Of a stretch of DNA of 64,000 nucleotides, positions 15,494 to 24,749 are shown in pieces. Every line of letters starts with the position of its first letter. Position 1 is the first letter of the stretch. The translations under genes were made by a program, and so were the position numbers. The notes below the pieces were generated by a model, which was given only the letters and a program-made list of their open reading frames with translations, did no database searches and had not been told where the DNA came from. Origin of the DNA: Alphaproteobacteria bacterium (GTDB lineage Bacteria > Pseudomonadota > Alphaproteobacteria > Rickettsiales > SXRF01); contig JANRKF010000013.1 in the NCBI GenBank assembly GCA_033763575.1, positions 81,396 to 145,395 of the forward strand, given 5' to 3'.

Positions 15494-17470
15494 ATGACCG
15501 CCACTTCTTCCGCCTCCCAGCCCCTTTGCGGCGACGTGCATGTCGCGGGCGACAAATCCATCTCGCACCGCGCGCTGATGCTGGCCTCGCAGGCGCTCGG
15601 GCTCACCACCATCTCCGGCCTGCTCGAAGGCGAAGACGTGATGAATACCGCCGCCGCGCTCAAAAGCATGGGAGTAAATATCGAGAAAAATGGTAGCCAG
15701 TGGCGCGTCGAAGGCGTGGGCATCGGCGGCCTGCAGGAACCGCAGGGCGTGCTGGATATGGGCAATTCCGGCACCAGCACCCGCCTGCTGATGGGCCTCG
15801 TCACCCCCTACCCGTTCACCAGCTTCTTCACCGGCGACGATTCGCTGCGTTCGCGGCCGATGGCCCGCGTCATCACCCCGCTGGAGCAGGTCGGCGCGCA
15901 AATCACCACCCATAGCGGCGGCAGGCTGCCGCTTTCGGTGAAGGGCACCGACACCCCCAACGCCATCAGCTACACGCTGCCGGTGGCCTCGGCACAGGTG
16001 AAATCGGCGATTATCCTCGCCGCGCTCAATACACCCGGCACCACCACCGTCATCGAACCGCATGCCACCCGTGACCACACCGAAAACATGTTGGAATATT
16101 TCGATATCCCCATCACGCGTGGGCAGACCAAAGACGGCACCAACATCACCCTGACCGGACGGCCAAAACAAACCGCAAAAAATCGCGACATCGAAGTGCC
16201 GGGCGATCCCTCCTCCGCTGCGTTCCTGCTGGTGGCGGCGCTGATCGTGCCCGGATCGAATGTCATCGTGCGCAATATCTGCATGAACCCGCTGCGCACC
16301 GGCCTGTTTACAACCTTAAAGGAAATGGGCGCGGATCTTTCCTACGAGAATGAACGCACGCTCGGCGGCGAAAAACTGGCGGATATCCGGGTGCGTTATA
16401 GCGCGCTGAAGGCGGTAAATGTGCCCGCCGAACGCGCGCCCTCCATGATCGATGAATACCCAATATTGGCGGTGGCGGCGGCCTTTGCCAAGGGCGAGAG
16501 CGTAATGCACGGGCTTTCCGAACTGCGGGTGAAGGAAAGCGACCGGCTGAATGCCATCACCGAAAGCCTCACCGGCTGCGGTGTTACCGCCCGCGCCGAG
16601 GGCGATACGCTTTATGTCACCGGCGGGGTGCCCAAGGGCGGCACCACCATCGCCACCCGCCTCGACCACCGCATCGCCATGTCATTCCTGGTGATGGGTA
16701 TGGCGAGCAAAGAACCCGTCATCATCGACGATGCCAGCGCCATCAACACCAGCTTCCCGAATTTCATATCGCTGATGAACGGGCTGGGCGCCTCGATTGC
16801 CACCGACCGAGTACCGAGTACCGAGTACCGGGTACCGCTAGTCATCACCATCGACGGCCCCGCCGCCTCCGGCAAAGGCACCCTCGCCCGCCGCCTCGCC
16901 GAGCATTTCGGCATGGCCTATCTCGATACCGGCAGCCTGTATCGCGCCGTCGGGCTGAAACTGGTCTATAGCGACAAGGACCCGAACGACAAGGAAGCCG
17001 CGCTCAAAGCCGCCCGCTCCATCGATACCAATGATTTAAGCAACCCCCGCCTGCGGCAGGAACGTATCGGGAAAGCGGCATCCATCGTTTCCGCCTTCCC
17101 GGAAGTGCGGCAGGCGCTGCTCGATTACCAGCGGGAATTTGCTAAGACCCCCAACGGCGCGGTGCTCGATGGCCGGGATATCGGCACGGTGGTCTGCCCC
17201 GACGCGCCGATCAAATTCTTCATCACCGCCACCTTGTTCGCCCGCGCCAAGCGCCGTCACCGGGAGCTTTCCGGCGAAGGAATAGAGGTGGTGTTCGATT
17301 CGGTGCTGGAAGACCTGCGCGAGCGTGACGAACGCGACCAGAACCGCGCAGCCGCGCCGTTAGTACCCGCCGACGATGCGATTATCATCGATTCCTCCGC
17401 CGCCGACGCCAGCGAGATTTTCCAGCGGGCGCGGGAAATCGTGGAACTCCGGAAAGTCAGCGCTTCTTAG
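15494..17470 (+). CDS. aroA: Fused 3-phosphoshikimate 1-carboxyvinyltransferase / cytidylate kinase
   Basis: N-terminal ~437 aa is EPSP synthase (GDKSISHRALMLA, LDMGNSGTSTRLL, KESDRL, DHRIAMSF). After the linker RVPSTEYRVP comes a full Cmk (ITIDGPAASGKGTLARRLA...DGRDIGTVV...RDERD). One uninterrupted frame. Confidence 0.85.
   Translation: MTATSSASQPLCGDVHVAGDKSISHRALMLASQALGLTTISGLLEGEDVMNTAAALKSMGVNIEKNGSQWRVEGVGIGGLQEPQGVLDMGNSGTSTRLLMGLVTPYPFTSFFTGDDSLRSRPMARVITPLEQVGAQITTHSGGRLPLSVKGTDTPNAISYTLPVASAQVKSAIILAALNTPGTTTVIEPHATRDHTENMLEYFDIPITRGQTKDGTNITLTGRPKQTAKNRDIEVPGDPSSAAFLLVAALIVPGSNVIVRNICMNPLRTGLFTTLKEMGADLSYENERTLGGEKLADIRVRYSALKAVNVPAERAPSMIDEYPILAVAAAFAKGESVMHGLSELRVKESDRLNAITESLTGCGVTARAEGDTLYVTGGVPKGGTTIATRLDHRIAMSFLVMGMASKEPVIIDDASAINTSFPNFISLMNGLGASIATDRVPSTEYRVPLVITIDGPAASGKGTLARRLAEHFGMAYLDTGSLYRAVGLKLVYSDKDPNDKEAALKAARSIDTNDLSNPRLRQERIGKAASIVSAFPEVRQALLDYQREFAKTPNGAVLDGRDIGTVVCPDAPIKFFITATLFARAKRRHRELSGEGIEVVFDSVLEDLRERDERDQNRAAAPLVPADDAIIIDSSAADASEIFQRAREIVELRKVSAS
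16807..16837 (+). repeat. Heptanucleotide tandem repeat (ccgagta x3, ccgggta, ccg) at the aroA-cmk junction
   Basis: ccgagtaccgagtaccgagtaccgggtaccg read directly. It encodes the linker PSTEYRVP. Confidence 0.85.
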
Positions 17471-18002
17471 TCGGTTTTTTGGCCGGGGCTTTTTTCGCAG
17501 GCGCTTTCTTGGCGGTTTTGGCAGAGGATTTCTTCGCGGGACGCTCGTCTTCATCCTCGTCCTCATCCTCTTCTTCTTCGTCTTCGTCGATGCTATCGAT
17601 CAGGACTTCGCCTTCTATTTCTTCTTCCTCATCATCATCGCCGCCCTCATCAAGCTCTTCGAGGCTTTCGAGCGTCTCCATTTCGTCTTCCTCGATCTCC
17701 TCGATATCGTCATCGCCGGCGATCGGCTCGATATCCTCGAACGCATCCAGATCGACGCCCTCAATCTCCTTGACCGGCTTTTTTGCCTTGGCCTGGCGCA
17801 GCTCCATCTTGGCTTTTTCCTTGAGCAGGGGATCGTCGGCATCCCCGGTGACCACCGCTTTTGCCCGCCCGCGCTTGCGATGGGCAATGGTGCTGTCGTT
17901 GATGGTGGCGCATTTCGGGCACTTGGCGGGATTCTTGCCTAAATCGTAAAACTTGGCTCCACACCCCACGCAAACCCGTTTATTTCCTAAATCAATGCTC
18001 AC
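17457..18002 (-). CDS. TIGR02300/FYDLN_acid family zinc-ribbon protein with poly-acidic and Lys/Ala-rich tail
   Basis: (GTG) SIDLGNKRVCVGCGAKFYDLGKNPAKCPKCAT, then a D/E-rich region and a KKAPAKKAPAKK tail. A GGGAG RBS lies 6 nt before GTG 18002. The 3' end overlaps cmk by 14 nt (convergent). Confidence 0.75.
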   Translation of the reverse strand: MSIDLGNKRVCVGCGAKFYDLGKNPAKCPKCATINDSTIAHRKRGRAKAVVTGDADDPLLKEKAKMELRQAKAKKPVKEIEGVDLDAFEDIEPIAGDDDIEEIEEDEMETLESLEELDEGGDDDEEEEIEGEVLIDSIDEDEEEEDEDEDEDERPAKKSSAKTAKKAPAKKAPAKKPTKKR

Positions 18003-18072
18003 ATGATACTCCCTATGAATTCGCGCCAATGAGGTTTGCTTAAACAGAAATGTTTTTTTTGCAACATAAATA

Positions 18073-18099
18073 TTGAAATTTTTGAATAACGTACCACAT
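18073..18099 (+). promoter_or_regulatory. Putative sigma-32 (RpoH) heat-shock promoter of grpE
   Basis: TTGAAA-N15-CCACAT resembles the CTTGAAA-N13-15-CCCCAT consensus and ends about 38 nt upstream of the grpE ATG. Confidence 0.45.
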
Positions 18100-18137
18100 T
18101 CCCTTAGCTAAATAATTTTCAACCGAAGAAAAGAGCC

Positions 18138-18725
18138 ATGACCAGGAATAATGAAAAACCGATAGCCGAAGACCCGCAGGAACCTGCAACCGAAACGCAG
18201 GATATTGCTGCCGAAGCCGCAACAGCCGCGCAGATCGCCGATCTGGAAGAAAAACTGGCCCAGATGAAAGACCAGTGGGTGCGCGCTGCCGCCGAAACCG
18301 AAAACATCCGCAAGCGTGCCGAGCGCGACCAGCAGGAAACTGCCCGCTACGCCGCTGCCAGCTTCGCCCGCGACATGGTGGGCGTGCTGGAAAATGTAAA
18401 ACGCGCCGCCGAAAGCATCACCCCTGAAAAACGCGCAGGCGACGAATTGCTGAAAACCGTTGGCGACGGGCTGGACATGACGGTCGCCGAACTGACCGGC
18501 ATTTTCGAGCGCCACGGCATCAAACGCATCAACCCGATGGGCGAAAAATTCGACCATAACCTGCATCAGGCGGTGGTGCAGGTGGAGCAGCCCGGCACCG
18601 AACCGAACACGGTGATCCAGGTGGTGCAGGCCGGATACATCATGCATGACCGCCTGCTGAAACCGGCCATGGTCGCCGTCACCAAGGCCGCCAGCGATGA
18701 AAAAAAGCTGGATACCAGCGCGTAG
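18138..18725 (+). CDS. grpE: Nucleotide exchange factor GrpE
   Basis: ...QMKDQWVRAAAETENIRKRAERD...FARDMVGVLENVKRA...HQAVVQVE...GYIMHDRLLKPAMVAV is canonical GrpE. Confidence 0.9.
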   Translation: MTRNNEKPIAEDPQEPATETQDIAAEAATAAQIADLEEKLAQMKDQWVRAAAETENIRKRAERDQQETARYAAASFARDMVGVLENVKRAAESITPEKRAGDELLKTVGDGLDMTVAELTGIFERHGIKRINPMGEKFDHNLHQAVVQVEQPGTEPNTVIQVVQAGYIMHDRLLKPAMVAVTKAASDEKKLDTSA

Positions 18726-18754
18726 CCTGTCATTACCGCGCAGCGCACCCAGAT

Positions 18755-19570
18755 TTATCCGGGTAACGGACCTGATGCCCTACTAGCAGCATCCATCAAG
18801 GCTTGATCCGCCAACCTGTCGTAGGATGGCATGGACTCATGTGGCGGCCACTCACCATATGTTTCGTACTCCATACCTAAAGCACCCATCAGTTTAACGA
18901 GCTTGCTTTCGTCCACGACATCCACAAAAACTTCCGCCCCTCGCGTTCTAGCAACAGCTCCCGGCACCTGATGTGTTACGATCGCATGGTTGATGCTTGC
19001 AGCCATTTCCGAGGCGGCATCCGCATCGCCGGTTTGAATTAAGGCCTGAAAAAAAGCGGGGCGCAACTTTTTTTCACCCCTGTATAATTCACTGATACGA
19101 GAAAAAACAAAGCGATCCTTGGCGGCTTTCAATATTTCTTCCCAATTCTCAGGAATTTCAGGCTTATCACCAAGCCTACCGTCCTCCGCCATTTTGCATA
19201 GGCGAGTATAGAAACCCTCACTCTTAACCACGGCCTCGGCATGTGGAACACCTGGAACGGCTCCCGGAATGACCGTGCTGAGCCTTAACTTTCCCCCATA
19301 AACATCTTGAACCGTGTCAAATCCGCGATCGACAAATTCTTTTTTTATTAATTCCGCAATCTCAGCGCTTCTAGCATTGGCTACCTTTAGTTTACTTGCT
19401 GGAAGAAAAGTATTCACCGTGTCGCCGACGCTGTCAATTTTCATATCTATGCGCGTACCAAAATTACTGTCAGACGTTCTAGGCCTAGGGACCATTACTG
19501 TGTCCACCGCAATATTAACAACCGCCCCTTTGAAATTGATAACAACCGTTTTATCATCTCTATTCGCCAT
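18755..19570 (-). CDS. Hypothetical protein (orphan, AT-richer)
   Basis: Start is moved to MANRDDK (ATG 19570), which has a GGGGGG RBS. 271 aa, no family recognised. Confidence 0.5.
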   Translation of the reverse strand: MANRDDKTVVINFKGAVVNIAVDTVMVPRPRTSDSNFGTRIDMKIDSVGDTVNTFLPASKLKVANARSAEIAELIKKEFVDRGFDTVQDVYGGKLRLSTVIPGAVPGVPHAEAVVKSEGFYTRLCKMAEDGRLGDKPEIPENWEEILKAAKDRFVFSRISELYRGEKKLRPAFFQALIQTGDADAASEMAASINHAIVTHQVPGAVARTRGAEVFVDVVDESKLVKLMGALGMEYETYGEWPPHESMPSYDRLADQALMDAASRASGPLPG

Positions 19571-19695
19571 ACGCTGCCCCCCTAAAAAAATCGATTTGAA
19601 TCCTCGCCGTTTATTTATCAATCTATATAAATTATAAATTTTAAAAATTCTTTAATAAAAAAACTTATGCTTGCAGTTAAAGTGAATTAAAAGGT

Positions 19696-19723
19696 TGCAA
19701 AAGGTTGCCTTTTGCAGTAGTAT
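19696..19723 (+). promoter_or_regulatory. Putative operator and -10 box of the parD-like/relE operon
   Basis: Perfect 9-bp inverted repeat tgcaaaagg-ttg-ccttttgca (19696-19716), preceded by a direct repeat aaaaggttgc x2 and followed by TAGTAT (19718-19723), 7 nt before the ATG. Confidence 0.4.
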
Positions 19724-19729
19724 GACTTT

Positions 19730-19954
19730 ATGACAACTATCAAACTTTCCGATGATCTGGTGAACGATGCCAAGCGCTATGCAGCGGTGTTCAGCCGCTC
19801 CGTGCCCAAACAAATCGAATATTGGTCGCGCATTGGAAAAATCGTCGAGGAAAATCCGGATTTGCCCTACGAATTCATTCAGGAGCTTTTGCTTGCATTA
19901 GAGGATGACGACATTACTCCATTTGAATTTTCTAAACCAAAACGCAAAAAATGA
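19730..19954 (+). CDS. ParD-like type II antitoxin
   Basis: MTTIKLSDDLVNDAKRYAAVFSRSVPKQIEYWSRIGKIVEENPDLPYEFI resembles the ParD_like family. ATGA overlap with the downstream toxin. Confidence 0.7.
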   Translation: MTTIKLSDDLVNDAKRYAAVFSRSVPKQIEYWSRIGKIVEENPDLPYEFIQELLLALEDDDITPFEFSKPKRKK

Positions 19955-20229
19955 TCCTCGAACAAACTTCTTATTTTGCCAAAGCAATGAAGAAGTTGCG
20001 CGCCAATCAACGTGCATACGCTGAAAAGGCAATTCAGGACATAATGCATAATCCTTCGATAGGCGTAGCAAAGAAAGGAGACCTTGACGGGGTACGAGTC
20101 TATAAATTTTATATGTTAAAACAGCTAACCTTATTATCATACACTTATACCCATGAGCGCCTTACATTGCGTTTAATTTCACTGGGCAGCCATGAGAATT
20201 TTTACCGCGACCTGAAAAAATCCCACTGA
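19951..20229 (+). CDS. RelE/ParE-family type II toxin
   Basis: 92 aa, ...KKGDLDGVRVYKFYMLKQLTLLSYTY...LISLGSHENFYRDLK. Size, pattern and coupling to the antitoxin fit the RelE/ParE superfamily. Confidence 0.7.
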   Translation: MILEQTSYFAKAMKKLRANQRAYAEKAIQDIMHNPSIGVAKKGDLDGVRVYKFYMLKQLTLLSYTYTHERLTLRLISLGSHENFYRDLKKSH

Positions 20230-20323
20230 ATCTCGTGAATTATCGCAAGACTGGCTCGCGCTACTACGCTCTCATCACAAATAATGATTTGATACGTATC
20301 ATGAATCGGATAATACTTGCTCC

Positions 20324-21193
20324 ATGAAATCCGATTTCACCTTCGCCAAAGACGACGCCCACCGCTTCCTGCCATGGCATATCGGCATCATGGTGGCGCT
20401 CGCCACCTTCCTGCTGTCGCTGGTGCTGGCGCTCGGCGGCTGGGTCGGCGACCACCGCGAGGATTACACCGCGAATATTTCGGTCATCCTGCCCGGCGCG
20501 CTCGAAAATCTCGATGATAAAACCGCCAGGGTCAAAGCCGTCCTCGGCAAGGAAAAATCCATCGCCGAGGTGAAGCAGGTGAGCGAAAGCAACCTGCGCG
20601 AGCTGCTGGTGCCATGGATCGGCAACGGCGACGCGCTGCTCGATATGGCGCTGCCGGTGGTGCTTGACGTCACCCTGAAAGAAGACGCCGCGCCGCTGGA
20701 TGAAAAATCGCTGCAAAAAGCCCTTTCCGACATCGAACCGACCATCGAACTCGATACCCATAATAGCTGGGCGGAGGTATTCGCCACCTTCATCCGCATC
20801 CTGCAAGGGCTGGCGGTGACGCTGGTGGCGACCATTCTGGGCGCGATGACGCTGATGATCGTGTTTTCCGCCCGCGCCTCGCTGCACCTGCACCAGCGCA
20901 CGGTGGACCTGCTGCATGCCATGGGCGCGGAAGACGGCTATATCGCCCGCCAGTTCCAGCATGAGCATTTCAAGATCGGCCTGAGGGCCGCGGCCATCGG
21001 TACGGCGGCGGCGGCATTCGCCTATTGGGGCCTCGGCCTCTGCGTTGCCGCCATCAAGGCGCCAGTGCTGCCAAGCTTCGCTTTTTCCCAGCCGCATATC
21101 GCGCTGGTGCTGCTGATGCCGCTCGGCTGCGCGCTGGTCGTGCGTTATACCACGCGGGTTTCGGTGCTGGGCCAGCTAAGGGAAATCCTCTGA
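20324..21193 (+). CDS. ftsX: Cell-division ABC transporter permease FtsX
   Basis: One N-terminal TM, a periplasmic loop and three C-terminal TMs, with the conserved LHAMGAEDGYIARQF block. No ftsE lies upstream in this window. Confidence 0.75.
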   Translation: MKSDFTFAKDDAHRFLPWHIGIMVALATFLLSLVLALGGWVGDHREDYTANISVILPGALENLDDKTARVKAVLGKEKSIAEVKQVSESNLRELLVPWIGNGDALLDMALPVVLDVTLKEDAAPLDEKSLQKALSDIEPTIELDTHNSWAEVFATFIRILQGLAVTLVATILGAMTLMIVFSARASLHLHQRTVDLLHAMGAEDGYIARQFQHEHFKIGLRAAAIGTAAAAFAYWGLGLCVAAIKAPVLPSFAFSQPHIALVLLMPLGCALVVRYTTRVSVLGQLREIL

Positions 21194-21810
21194 TGCTCAC
21201 AATGTTCCGCACGCTGTTCTGCACCCTGATGCTGGTGGCGGTGTGGGCGCTCGCGGTCGCCGGGTTCGCTTTCTACATCAACCAGTATGCGCTGGAAGAA
21301 AATGCCCGCGCCGATGGCATCGTGGTGCTGACCGGCGGCGGCGGACGCATCGAATATGGCCTCGAATTATTCGGACAAAATCGCGGCAGGCTGCTCTTCA
21401 TCAGCGGCGTCGGCAAGCAGGTGCCGCTTGCCGACCTGCTGGTCAAGGCTCCCGATGCCGCGCAGGCGATATTAAACGGCAATACGCTGGGCCGCATCAC
21501 GCTGGGCCGCGAGGCGGCCAACACCATCGGCAACGCCAGGGAAAGCACCGACTGGATCAAAAAACACCACCTGAAATCGGTGCTGCTGGTCACCGCCGAT
21601 TACCATATGCCACGGGCGCTGATGGAGTTTTCCACCGAGCTTCCCGGCAATGTCATCCTCATCCCGGCCCCGGTCAAAACCCAAAACTACATTGATTTTA
21701 CATGGATCAGAGATGCCGAGATCCGCAATATCGTGCTCGCCGAATTCCACAAGCTGATCGCCGCGCAAATCCGGCATTATGTCATCAGCACAAGCGATGA
21801 AGCCGCATGA
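21193..21810 (+). CDS. YdcF/DUF218 family protein
   Basis: N-terminal TM, then GIVVLTGGGGRIEYGLELF, LLFISGV, VTADYHMPRA (DUF218 blocks). ATGA overlap with ftsX. Confidence 0.7.
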   Translation: MLTMFRTLFCTLMLVAVWALAVAGFAFYINQYALEENARADGIVVLTGGGGRIEYGLELFGQNRGRLLFISGVGKQVPLADLLVKAPDAAQAILNGNTLGRITLGREAANTIGNARESTDWIKKHHLKSVLLVTADYHMPRALMEFSTELPGNVILIPAPVKTQNYIDFTWIRDAEIRNIVLAEFHKLIAAQIRHYVISTSDEAA

Positions 21811-21823
21811 TTCTCCTGCGCTC

Positions 21824-21958
21824 ATATTCCTCCCCCAGTAGGGGGGAGGCCAGGAGGGGGGCATTATTTATTCCGCCTCCCGTGGATGCCCCCACCCCCC
21901 TACGCCCAGTGGCTTCGGGGGACGCAGCCCCAACCCTCCCCCTAATGGGGAGGGCGCA
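21824..21958 (+). mobile_element. Family-1 palindromic element (about 135 bp, MITE/RPE-like) flanked by a 17-bp direct duplication
   Basis: atattcctcccccagtaggggggagg...ccctccccctaatggggagggcgca. Flanks are atgattctcctgcgctc (21807-21823) and atgattttcctgcgctc (21959-21975). Its reverse complement is about 85% identical to 38966-39126. Confidence 0.8.
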
Positions 21959-22657
21959 ATGATTTTCCTGCGCTCGCTGCTGTTCAATATTCTGTTTACC
22001 GCCTGGGCGTTCGTTACCTCGGTATTGTTTGCGCCGCTCTTCCTGATATCGCCGAAAAGCGCGGGCAAGCCGTGGGCGCGGGGGGCATTGTGGCTGGCGA
22101 AAACCATACTCGGCATCACCCACGAAGTGCGTGGCCGCGAGCACCTCACCAACCAGCCGGTGATCTATGCCTCCAAGCATCAATCGGCGTGGGATACGAT
22201 TATTTTTTTGGTGCTGCTCGACGCGCCGTGCTATGTGCTGAAACGTGAGCTGCTGCGCATTCCCGGCTGGGGTTGGTATCTGTGGCGGATGGGCATGATC
22301 GCCATCGACCGCTCCGGCAGCGCCAGCGCCATGAAACAGATGCTGCGCGACGCGAAGGCACGCATCAGCGAGGGCCGCACCATCGTGATTTTCCCCGAAG
22401 GCACCCGCAAAAAACCCGGCGACGCGCCGGACTACCACCCGGGCGTGATCGCGCTCTATAGCCAGCTCGGCGTGCCGACCATCCCGGTCGCGCTCAATTC
22501 CGGCCTGTGCTGGGGTAAGGATGCGTTTTTCAAAACACCCGGGAAAATCATCATCAGCTTCCTGCCGCCCATCCCGCCGGGTTTGCCCAAAAAAGAATTC
22601 ATGGAGACACTGCAGCCACAGATAGAAACAGAGAGCAGCGCACTCGCCGGCCTTTAA
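21959..22657 (+). CDS. plsC: 1-acyl-sn-glycerol-3-phosphate acyltransferase
   Basis: HQSAWD (HX4D) and FPEGTR acyltransferase motifs, with an N-terminal TM. Confidence 0.85.
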   Translation: MIFLRSLLFNILFTAWAFVTSVLFAPLFLISPKSAGKPWARGALWLAKTILGITHEVRGREHLTNQPVIYASKHQSAWDTIIFLVLLDAPCYVLKRELLRIPGWGWYLWRMGMIAIDRSGSASAMKQMLRDAKARISEGRTIVIFPEGTRKKPGDAPDYHPGVIALYSQLGVPTIPVALNSGLCWGKDAFFKTPGKIIISFLPPIPPGLPKKEFMETLQPQIETESSALAGL

Positions 22658-23163
22658 CCGCCCATGGGAGGAGTGCCGGGCGTTTTGAATTTCTTCGCCC
22701 AATCATCGAGGGAATCGGTGGTTGCGTTGATAACTGATTGCAAATGCATTTCGGTTAATTTTCTATCAAAATTCTGACCGATTGCCACCATTTCGATTTC
22801 ACCTCCTACTGCAGGCTTACGGATATTAGTATTTGCGGCAATGATGGGGGCTAAAATGGCGCTATTCACATCTCCTACTTGCGAAAAGTCGAGCACCACG
22901 AGAGGTGGCGTGCCCTCTTTTTGTATTTTTTCCACTGCGCTTGCAGACGGCTCTGTAATAGCCAGCATCGCTGCCAGAGCTTCATTAAGTTGTCCGCCAA
23001 AATGTTCGGCGTCCTCTTGCAACAGAGGAAGTTTTCCTGCCGGCAGATAATCCATGAGCTTGCGCGGAATTATTTTCAACACCAGCACATTCGCGGGTAA
23101 ATCGTCCCGTTTTATTACTTGAATAAATTGATGCTTATCAGCTTTGTCCACTGGCGCAATCAT
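22654..23163 (-). CDS. Hypothetical protein with a possible STAS-like C-terminal half (orphan, AT-richer)
   Basis: 169 aa. PPLVVLDFSQVGDVNSAILAPII...IEMVAIGQNFDRKLTEMHL loosely fits the STAS pattern. Low certainty. Confidence 0.4.
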   Translation of the reverse strand: MIAPVDKADKHQFIQVIKRDDLPANVLVLKIIPRKLMDYLPAGKLPLLQEDAEHFGGQLNEALAAMLAITEPSASAVEKIQKEGTPPLVVLDFSQVGDVNSAILAPIIAANTNIRKPAVGGEIEMVAIGQNFDRKLTEMHLQSVINATTDSLDDWAKKFKTPGTPPMGG

Positions 23164-23302
23164 ACGTCCCCCATAATAAACCGATGGAGCCAGTCTAATG
23201 TACTATGTATTAATATCCAGTAAATAAATTATCATTGATTTGCAATTGACTCTCGCGCCAACTCGCCTAGCCTGCGGCCATATTGCAAAAAAGGAAAAAA
23301 TC

Positions 23303-24019
<717 letters not shown>

Positions 24020-24030
24020 GTGTCTCATTT

Positions 24031-24114
24031 GTCATTCCCGCGAAGGCGGGAATCCACTCGCAAAGAATAAATTGTTTTTATAAGCGAATCGACTCCCGCC
24101 TACGCGGGAGTGAC
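24031..24114. repeat. Family-2 variant palindromic element (GTCATTCCCGCGAAGGCGGGAATCC...CCCGCCTACGCGGGAGTGAC)
   Basis: Two internal hairpins (cccgcgaaggcggg, cccgcctacgcggg) with GTCAT/GTGAC termini, between rph and rdgB. Confidence 0.7.
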
Positions 24115-24125
24115 AGAATATATTT

Positions 24126-24728
24126 ATGATTCGTGAACTGGTCATCGCCACCCACAACGCCGGGAAGCTCCGCGAGTTTGAATCACTGCTGGCGCCGCTG
24201 GGCATCGCGGTGAAATCCGCCGGGCAGCTTGGCATTCCCGAGCCGGAAGAAACGGGCGCGACCTTTGCCGAAAACGCCGAACTCAAAGCGCGATATTCCA
24301 TGCTTGCGTCCGGCCTGCCTGCCCTTGCCGATGATTCCGGCCTGGTGATCCCGGCCTTGGGCGGTGCGCCGGGCATTTACTCCGCACGCTGGGCCGGGCC
24401 GGATAAAAACTTCAATACGGCATTTGATCGCATCGAAAAAGAGCTGGACGCTGCCGGTGCGCCAGCCTCCAGCCCGGCCTATTTCGCCTGCGCGCTGGCA
24501 CTTGCCTTTCCCGGCGGCGAATGCATCCATTTCGAAGGACGCGCCCACGGCACCCTCACCTTCCCCCCACGCGGCAAAAACGGCTTCGGTTACGATCCTG
24601 TTTTCATTCCGGAAGGATATGATGTAACCTTCGCCGAGCTGGAGGCGAATACAAAACAGGCGATCAGCCACCGCGCCCGGGCTTTTAGTGAATTTTTAAT
24701 TTATATGGAGCAACGTGCCGCTTCCTGA
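24126..24728 (+). CDS. rdgB: dITP/XTP pyrophosphatase (Ham1/RdgB)
   Basis: MIRELVIATHNAGKLREFESLL...DDSGLVIPALGGAPGIYSARWAG...GFGYDPVF...ISHRARAF. Confidence 0.9.
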   Translation: MIRELVIATHNAGKLREFESLLAPLGIAVKSAGQLGIPEPEETGATFAENAELKARYSMLASGLPALADDSGLVIPALGGAPGIYSARWAGPDKNFNTAFDRIEKELDAAGAPASSPAYFACALALAFPGGECIHFEGRAHGTLTFPPRGKNGFGYDPVFIPEGYDVTFAELEANTKQAISHRARAFSEFLIYMEQRAAS

Positions 24729-24749
24729 TACCATACAGCTGAGGTAGTT

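Noticed and set aside
17479-17949. 156-aa poly-Ser ORF on the plus strand
   Set aside because: It is the antisense reading of the poly-Asp/Glu tail of the FYDLN_acid protein, so it is a low-complexity artefact.
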